A stretch of DNA of 64,000 bases from Eledone cirrhosa (taxonomy: Eukaryota). Of the stretch, positions 55,527 through 64,000 are shown one piece after another. A program made the position numbers and the translations under genes. The DNA is taken from NCBI GenBank assembly GCA_964016885.1, contig OZ024742.1, positions 215,140,001 through 215,204,000 of the forward strand. Direction: 5' to 3'. Position 1 is the first letter of the stretch; the number at the start of each line of letters is the position of its first letter. Under the pieces are notes generated by a model. The model searched no databases, was not told where the DNA came from, and saw only the letters and a program-made list of their open reading frames with translations.

Positions 55527-56686
55527 ATATATATATGTACGTATGGATTCACCAAACATTAATTATAATGCTCGGTGTGTTTGTAAACAAACCACCCGCA
55601 TTAAGCCGTAGTGTCTAGCAACCATCATTGCTCGTTTGTTCAACACTGACAAAGTAACGCTGTACTAGTTTCAAGCTTATTAGCTATCGTCAGCAACGTA
55701 TACATTCCTGTCAGATTGTTGAACGTATATACTTACCTTATGCATATTAACGGCTGAGTAGCCCAATTTGCATATCGAGTGGGTTAATCGGCCGGGTGCA
55801 CCGAAAACAATAAACGGAAAAAATGAAACGAAATTTCATTTCCCACTCTTAGTACGGCTGTTACTTAAATATAAGTATGTACACGCACATACATATATGT
55901 ATACAGACGTACAATAGTATGTATATATATATATACATACATGCACACATATATATATGTACGTATGGATTCACCGAACATTAATTATAATGCTCGGTGT
56001 GTTTGTAAACAAACATCCTGCATTAAGCCGTAGTGTCTAGCAACCATCGTTGCTCGTTTGTTCAACACTGACAAAGGAATGCTGTACTAGTTTCAAGCTT
56101 ATTAGCTATCGTCAGCAACGTATACCTTCCTGCCAGATTGTTGAACGTATATACTTACCTTATGCATATTAACGGCTGAGTAGCCCAATTTCCATATCGA
56201 GTGGGTTAATCGGCCGTACTAAGAGTGGGAAATGAAATTTCGTTTCATTTTTCCGTTTATCGTTTTCGGTGCACCCGGCCGATTAACACACTCGATATGC
56301 AAATTGGGCTACTCAGCCGTTAATATGCATAAGGTAAGTATATACGTTCAACAATCTAGCAGGAAGATATACGTTGCTGACAATAGCTAATAAGCTTGAA
56401 ACTAGTACAGAGTTCCTTTGTCAGTGTTGAACAAACGAGCAACGATGGTTGCTAGACACTACGGCTTAATGCAGGATGTTTGTTTACAAACACACCGAGC
56501 ATTATAATTAATGTTCGGTGAATCCATACGTACATATATATATATATATGTGTGCATGTATGTATTTATATATATACATACTACTGTACGTCTGTATACA
56601 TATATGTATGTGCGTGTACATACTTATATTTAAGTAACAGCCGTACTAAGAGTGGGAAATGAAATTTCGTTTCATTTTTTCCGTTT
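55527..56686. mobile_element. Family C array: two tandem units plus one inverted unit, each with a hammerhead
   Basis: HHRs at 55658-55698 (-), 56080-56120 (-) and 56372-56412 (+, G8A); period 422 bp; inversion point about 56213. Confidence 0.9.
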
Positions 56687-56727
56687 ATATATATATATAT
56701 ATTTATATACATATCTACACTATATAT

Positions 56728-56942
56728 AGGAAAACGTATGACCCCGGCGGCAGTGCTCAAACCGTTTCGACGGCTATATCTGGAATAAAAAAGTTTTTTT
56801 AGTCCAGATATAGCCGTCGAAACAGCTTGAGCTCTGCCGTCGGGGTTATACCTTTTCCTATTACCCACTTTACTACCCTAAGTATTGAGTACTCTGGTGC
56901 GTTATTGTCCATCTGGTTCCTTACCACAATTCCTTCATTATA
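56728..56942 (+). mobile_element. Family D fold-back element (half-hammerhead palindrome)
   Basis: ...CCGTTTCGACGGCTATATCTGGA / TCCAGATATAGCCGTCGAAACAG...GCCGTC-GGGGT; inverted arms about 55 bp; TA flanks. Confidence 0.8.
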
Positions 56943-56993
<51 letters not shown>

Positions 56994-56998
<5 letters not shown>

Positions 56999-57182
56999 AA
57001 GTATGACCCCGACGGTAGAGCTCAAGCCGTTTCGACAGCTATTTCTGGACTGAAATAGTCGTCGAAACGGCTTGAGCTATGCCGTCAGGGTCATACTTTT
57101 TCATATTTCCCACTCTACTACTCTAAGTATTGAGTACTCTGGTGCGTTATGGTCCATCTGGTTCCTTACCACAGTTCTTCTG

Positions 57183-57185
<3 letters not shown>
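56994..57185 (+). mobile_element. Second family D fold-back element
   Basis: GAAAAAGTATGACCCCGACGG...GCCGTTTCGAC / GTCGAAACGGC...GCCGTCAGGGTCATACTTTTTC; TA flanks. Confidence 0.8.
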
Positions 57186-57241
<56 letters not shown>

Positions 57242-57819
57242 CCCTATATATATACATATATTCACACACACACAGAGAGCGATGTCAATGTTTTCATAAT
57301 GTGATAATGCAGATAGATACATAGCTATAACGTCGCGCCCGGTTAAGACGGCACTCATGGCTTAGCAATTACATAATCAACGGTTCGGAAATCACATGGA
57401 TCACTGACGAGTGTACTCCTTACTCTACCAGTTAGTCTTAGTGTACTTCGTCCTACTTTAAGGTCATGACTCGAAGGAAAAGATACTCCATTGGCGGAAA
57501 TACTGCGAAAGCGGCAAGAAAAGGAAGAAGGCGGGCAAACGAATCGTCAGTGGAATATGCTATTCGACGGTCGTAAGGCCGAGGTATTCCGTACTTCTCT
57601 GTACTGTTTCAGAAATGAGGGATAAACATGCCGATTTTTGTTTATAATCCCGAGCAACGCCGGGCCATTCTGCTAGTATATATTAAATTTAGCGTTCTCT
57701 TTTCTCTAACCAATCCATACATGTGTATATGTAAACTCATGCGCTATTCAATCACCAGCTTTGTGAGAGTGCGTATACTTTGTAATTTGTATCTTGTCTA
57801 CATTATTACCTTTAAGACG

Positions 57820-57939
57820 TCTGAGTTCAAATCCCGCCGAGGTTAACTTTGCCTTTGATCCTTACGGGGTCGATAAAACAAAGTACCAGTAATGTACTGG
57901 ATATTTTCTGGCCTTGTGCCTAAAGTAGAAACAATTATC
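57820..57939 (+). mobile_element. 5'-truncated SINE with 12-bp TSD
   Basis: GAGTTCAAATCCCGCCGAGG...GTCGATAAAACAAAGTACCAG; ACCTTTAAGACG at 57808 and 57940. Confidence 0.88.
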
Positions 57940-58899
57940 ACCTTTAAGACGCATTATTCTCCACTCCCTCTTTCCTTTACTCACCATATATTTAAATATG
58001 TATCTTTAATCACGATATGTATGTTTATGGTTTAGTATGCAGCATCTTGAATATACATTATAATTAGCCATTTACGTTGTTGTCTTTTAATGAACTCACG
58101 CATCTCTTATATGCAACATGATACTTGGTAATCTTGGCTTAGTATTTCATGAAATATATTTTTGTTAACAGAGCATGCCTTTACCTGTATTTCTACAATA
58201 TTCCCATTCTTTTAAAACTTGTAACATGAATAATGTTTCCTATATAGTATGTATGCATGTCTGTTGATATTTTGTTTACCTTTTCCGAATAATTCAAATG
58301 TTACTCAACTTAAATGATATAATTATAGCTCAATTTACAGGAAATATAGTATCGAAACAATCGACAGTGTAGCTGTTATAAATTAATATATTCCCAACTT
58401 CAATTTAGATAATTTGAAACCATTTCTCAGCAATTGCATATCAAGAATAATTAAAATAGAAAGGCATAACGGCAATATATGAATATGTCCGATTGAATAT
58501 CGGTTATTAGTATGCAAAGAGATTGAAGAGATCTATTTAAGCCATTTAGTGTGACGGGAAGAAGTAATGTTATGAACACATCTGGATGTATATAGGCTTT
58601 TAAATTAATGAAATATTTTCATGCTACCATATATGGAAAAGTTGTTAATCCAATTATTAAAAAAATAAAATAATAATACGTTAGGCAGAAATTTTAAAAA
58701 TAAGGAGTTATGTTAGGCCATTCCTTGTCATTAATATATCTACGCAGGTATGCACTTACAAGTGTGACAATATGATTATATATATATGATTATACAGGTT
58801 GATAGATCTACGGCAACATGGCATATATCATCTGCATATTGTTGAAGTTGTTAATTTAGATTAAATGTTATGTTTTTAATATAAGAAGGTTTAGTATAA

Positions 58900-59370
58900 T
58901 ATATGTTGACAAGTCGACATTTCCCTGTTTATATGTAGAGGATTTCTATTGTCTCAGCTGCGCAAAGATCACATATTTATTGCCCTTGTAAGATCGAGCA
59001 TTAGCGTACACCAATTTAACGTACACCAGATGTTTTAAACTTTTAATCTTCATATAAAAACGCTGCTTGAGTCTATTAGTTGTTCACTCTATGTAAGCCT
59101 TAGTACTTCAGTGTTTGTCGCTCTTAAATGTATAATCTATATTTCTTGATAAGCATTTCTCGCTGACTGGATGTTGTCCTTATAATTGCAATAAGAGCAA
59201 CAGCTAGATTCTGGATTGTCTATACTTCTATGGTGAACTAAATGGTCAGATGCTGTAATGTTGTTTGCGAGGTTGATGCTTGTATAATTTATTAATGGCG
59301 TTTCTACTGAATATCTTATGACGAAGAAATGCTTCCTAATTAATGTAAGAAAAGCTTTAGCTATTGCTGT
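58900..59370 (-). mobile_element. Very decayed Penelope-like fragment
   Basis: IAKAFLTLIRKHF and CSYCNYKD resemble the PLE linker and Cys motif. Confidence 0.45.
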
Positions 59371-59516
59371 GACATCTGCCACATCCAATGGTGGATTACA
59401 CTATGTAATCCATCTATTTTCCCTAATTCTTTGCTCATTTCTAAAGAAATCTGCTCCAAGCCAGAGCTCCACATACACACATATATATATATATACATGT
59501 GTGTGTGTGTGTATGC

Positions 59517-59614
<98 letters not shown>

Positions 59615-59732
59615 TTATGTGGGAATGTGAATTTTCGTATGAGCATATATGAAGCTTTCACATCTTAACTAGAATCTGATTAATAACATGGAAACCCTCT
59701 GCATATTATAGTGAGTACATGTTCACTTTGAA

Positions 59733-59771
<39 letters not shown>

Positions 59772-60979
59772 GCGGAGTACATTAATATCACATATATGAC
59801 ATGTATTTCATATTTTATATTCATTTCACTGAATAAGCTTCGAGTGGATTTTAATTCACTTGTTGCTCTACATGGCATAATATTAATACATACACATATC
59901 ACATCATTTCATTAGTATTTTTCCTTATAGTTAAGTTCTTATCTGATTTATTTATTTATGTTTGTATACAATATAAACACATTAAGTGGACATTCCAGAA
60001 TTACCGTTAAACAGTTATAAATGCCAATGGGAATTGTGCTACACAACACAAGTGTATTAATATTAACAAACGCTATCCACACATTTTATAAGAGGTAACA
60101 TGAAAACACTTGATTAAAAATTTCGAAGTAGAAACAACCCGAAGTTCTCCACTTGATAAAATTCTTGTTGCTAAAGTGTCATTAAAAAGCAACATGGCGG
60201 AAATTTATTGCAATAGGAAATGGCATCTTCAATTTCGGATGTTTCAGTGATTCAGTAAATGAAGAAAGGTACAAATAGTTAAAAAATATAATTGAAGACG
60301 CAAATGAATTTATTGAATTTAATATCAATAATACGTTTCATAATTTAGTATGTTTTGTAGATTGCATAACAGCAATAATATAGAAGAGAAAATAAACGAT
60401 TGTTTCGGGAAATATGGTCATATCAAAATAGATATTGCTTAAATAATTTTGGTTTTTAATAAATCAACTCCAATAAGGTTATTTAAATTTTCATGCGGTG
60501 CAAAATATAAATTGAAGCAAGTCATATTAGATGTATTAGATTTCGTACGAATGAAACATTTCTAGCCATGTTGAAGACATCTTTCTATATATGATTTACA
60601 TGCCTATAGTTTACAAATGAATTGAGTATTGTTTAAAACTTGGTTCACCTGCTTCCATGATCGGCATTGCATAAATAAGTGTATAAATATATAATATAGG
60701 GGTCCCAGAAACGTATCTGAGATTTTTATCGATTATATTGATTTCAATTTATCAGATATGCTCCAGGTTAGTTAAAATCTTTCTGTATATCATCCTTGTG
60801 TTATATATATTATAGATGGCTATGCCCTCGGTTGTTTTCTTGGTCTAGCTCTTTATAACGATTGTGATTACACTGGACGTAATGTTTATAATTTTCAATC
60901 CATTGAGTGCTTTCTGATTGCCTCAAACAAATCGAATAGTACTTGCTGTTCAACATCTAAAACTTTGATTTATACCTAT

Positions 60980-61232
<253 letters not shown>

Positions 61233-61837
61233 ATATATTCATGTATACAAAGAATTTGAATCGACAAAAACATTTTAAAAATTTAATGTGAACTAGAAAT
61301 AAATATAAGAGAAAATTAGAGATAACGGGTGACATCTTTTGTTCTTTTGATATACCTCTAAAGCGATACATCTCTCATCATATTTGGTAGGTTCAAAATA
61401 TATCCATGTTTATTATTATTATTATGTTTTTATTATTTTTTTATCATTATATTTATCCTGGCTTTGTACTTTCCCGAGAGCTCTGTTGAATTGTAAATCA
61501 ATTTGTTATATATGCGCTGTTTTTATAAGTCACCTGTTCTTCTACTCCTAATTATACTGTAATCATACATGTAATGAAAGTAATGAAATTGGCAGCCATA
61601 TAGGAAAATATATGTGGCAGAGTGACGCCATAAACATTCTTTTAAAATGAATGAAATTTGAAAATCTCAAGTATATCGGTTTGGAATATATATCAACATA
61701 CAAGGAAATAACCATAAAAGTTCAAAGCATCGGCTATATAATCACATAATTATAATTCTTTTATAAATTCATTGTGTATTACTATTTTTTAAACAATATT
61801 TTTCGCTTGAAATTTTAAACAGATAAAATCTATTGAA

Positions 61838-61937
61838 AATAATTGTTTCTACTTTTGGCACAAGGCCAGCAATTCACCAGTGCATTACTGGTACTTTATT
61901 TTATCGACCCCATCAGGATGAAAGGCAAAGTTAACCT
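61838..61937 (-). mobile_element. 5'-truncated SINE with 15-bp TSD
   Basis: Family 3' end; ATAAAATCTATTGAA at 61823 and 61938. Confidence 0.88.
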
Positions 61938-63484
61938 ATAAAATCTATTGAAGATAATGCAACGTAATATATTAAATGACATCACAAGAATCCAGCCAAT
62001 AGTGATACATTGTTTAATACACTAGACGTGGCTGCATAGCAGGGATATACGAATGAAACATCAATAACGGATCTTATACAACATTTAAAAATGCATGATT
62101 ATTTATGAGAACTTCTCATTAAAATATTGTTTGGGACTACTAAAAAATTAATGTAATTTTAGCAACAATCCCTAGCATTAAGCACTGTATTGCCGGTATG
62201 GCGTATTGGTCTCAGCATATTAAACAATATAAATATTTCAATAAAATGCCACATCCTTAAACCTGGAGACAGCCCACGATATATCTGCTAAAAAGATTAT
62301 TATTGATCAAAATGATCGTGTTAATACTATTCTTTACATATAAATAATACCAATAATATGACAATGCGCAGTACACTATAAATATGCAGATGGCACGTGT
62401 ATCTTGAATATCAGTTATGCCTTTATACGCAACGAGAAATTATTTCCCGAGCGCCAGCTGTTGAGAATATGTTCTTCATTTACTTAGGCCAAATATAAAT
62501 CGCTTTATAACCTTTTTTTCAAATGTATATTTTAGAATTTATGAAATATAAAATCTTAAAAATAAGTGTAGAAATATTATCAAATAAGTCAGAAAACGGA
62601 AAAGAATGTTCTTCATATATCGTACACAAAAGAACCACACAGATTCTCATTAATAAACACACACATTTATCCCGATATCAAATTGTGTTTCGTATGAACA
62701 CTACTTAGCAGCAAACATGTAAATCTTTCATATACCTCCCTATTATGTGTATTATGCATAATATGATTTAAAACATGCCTTTCTTCTTAATTTCACTATA
62801 CGAAAGGAATCACTAATAACGCCTATGGTTATATTCCGGTGCTTCATTTTAGCATATGGTTAGGTATTTCAACTTGTTTTAAAGTGTTTATGCATGTTAT
62901 TTAGATGTATCTGTGAATGTATGCAAATTCATGAGTGAAAATGAGAATGTTTGATTAATTGCAGCCCTGAAATGTAATTGTTCCTTATTTGTAGTAGCTA
63001 TATTTCAGTTACGCTGTGAATAATAGTTCATGATATGTGTGAAGCTAATTATGTGTGAATGTAAGTCAGAGCATGTGTTGCGTTTGCAGGGATAGCTTAA
63101 CTTCGAATAATGGAATTTCGCAAATAATTGTAACGAAATAAAATTCTATTTACTCGTAACGTCAAATCAGTTTAGCTTTGTGCAGAATCGAAAACTAAAA
63201 GCGAGTTATTATATATTCAAACTCAATAACAGATTACTACTCTAAAAATCACTTGTACCGACTAGTCTCCAGCCTAGAGGTAAATATCTAAGAAAATATT
63301 TAGATTACTAGAAGTCACCGTATCTAAACGCCGTGTCCAAAAGACTCTTCCAGGCCAGGAAAACCAAACCAACGTACATGCATTTCCCTGCATGTGTTTT
63401 CTTTTATGTCCGTATTCTTTAAGTATGTGTGTGTGTGTGTGTTTGACTATGTCAAATTATAGACATATATCCTTTGAATTTAAT

Positions 63485-64000
63485 ATATACTCCCGTAAGG
63501 TTGAGTAAAACTTTAGGCAGTATCTGGCTGCGCTTTCTAGCAACCAGCCTACTCGCTGACAGGCAACCAATCACAAATTTCTGCCTTGACCGCTATCCAC
63601 GTGATAGTTCTTAGCCATTTTTTAATTCATTTCTGGCGGGGATCACGGTAGAAATTTAGTCCAGACTCGGGGCGTCTCTTGAGGAGTTCCAAGCCTCGTG
63701 GATAAATCGAAGATCGGATATATACACAAAAAAAGGAACGAAACTACCGGTAGTCGAGACTAGAGGAATTTCGGTAAATTTATGTGCATTTTATCTTCAA
63801 AATTCTATTTTATACCTAACTCCGTGTAGTTGATTATTTATCTAGTCAATTTCTACGGGCTAAAAGAAATAACTAGGTAAATTTATTCTGGCTGTACCTC
63901 GCGGAAGATAGTCTGTATCATTTGTCTATTATTTCTTCATAGTTACATTTTAAACTTATAGCCTCGTTTAAATGATTATTTATGTGGCTGATTTATACGG
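63485..64000 (+). mobile_element. Diverged family E element
   Basis: Colinear similarity to 44150-44640 (GCTGCGC..TCTAGCAA, TGACCGCT, TTCTTAG.CATTTTT). Confidence 0.65.
63674..63760 (+). ncRNA. Type I hammerhead (family E variant, U3)
   Basis: GTCTC-TTGAGGA-GTTCC-...-GGAAC-GAAA-CTACCGGTAG-TC-GAGAC: perfect stems I and II, palindromic stem III, GUC. Confidence 0.78.

Larger units (their letters stand above)
54311..57676 (+). mobile_element. Non-autonomous Helitron carrying nested insertions
   Basis: A|TC start, TGTC repeats, AACCGATCTTTTTCAAAATTT motif; internal repeat AGATAGATACATAGCTATAA.GTCGCGCCC at 54527 and 57312; 3' hairpin CCCGAGC-AAC-GCCGGG followed by CTAG|T. Confidence 0.75.

Noticed and set aside
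57404-57480. CTGACGA followed by GAAA as another hammerhead
   Set aside because: Stems I, II and III could not be formed.

Overview
AT-rich, microsatellite-dense eukaryotic DNA. The (TA)n/(CA)n load and the tRNA-derived SINE family suggest a cephalopod (octopus-like) genome; this is an inference. No host protein-coding gene can be supported, and almost all listed ORFs are microsatellite artefacts. The window is a mosaic of decayed transposons: several Penelope-like elements (PLEs, RT + GIY-YIG), RTE, R4/Dong, CRE and CR1/L2-type LINE fragments, a complete non-autonomous LTR element (tRNA-Trp PBS, PPT, TSD), a decayed Helitron RepHel, two non-autonomous Helitrons, a decayed Gypsy pol and about 10 SINEs. 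The main signal not visible in the ORF track is RNA structure. Reading both strands by eye gives about 20 intact, variant or half type I hammerhead ribozyme (HHR) motifs from at least 8 sequence families, mostly in small elements sitting in (TA)n tracts. They show stem covariation, palindromic stem III, a tandem 422-bp retrozyme-like unit and recurrent non-canonical cores (U10.1-U11.1, U4A, U3-A8). All folds were made manually and cleavage activity is untested.
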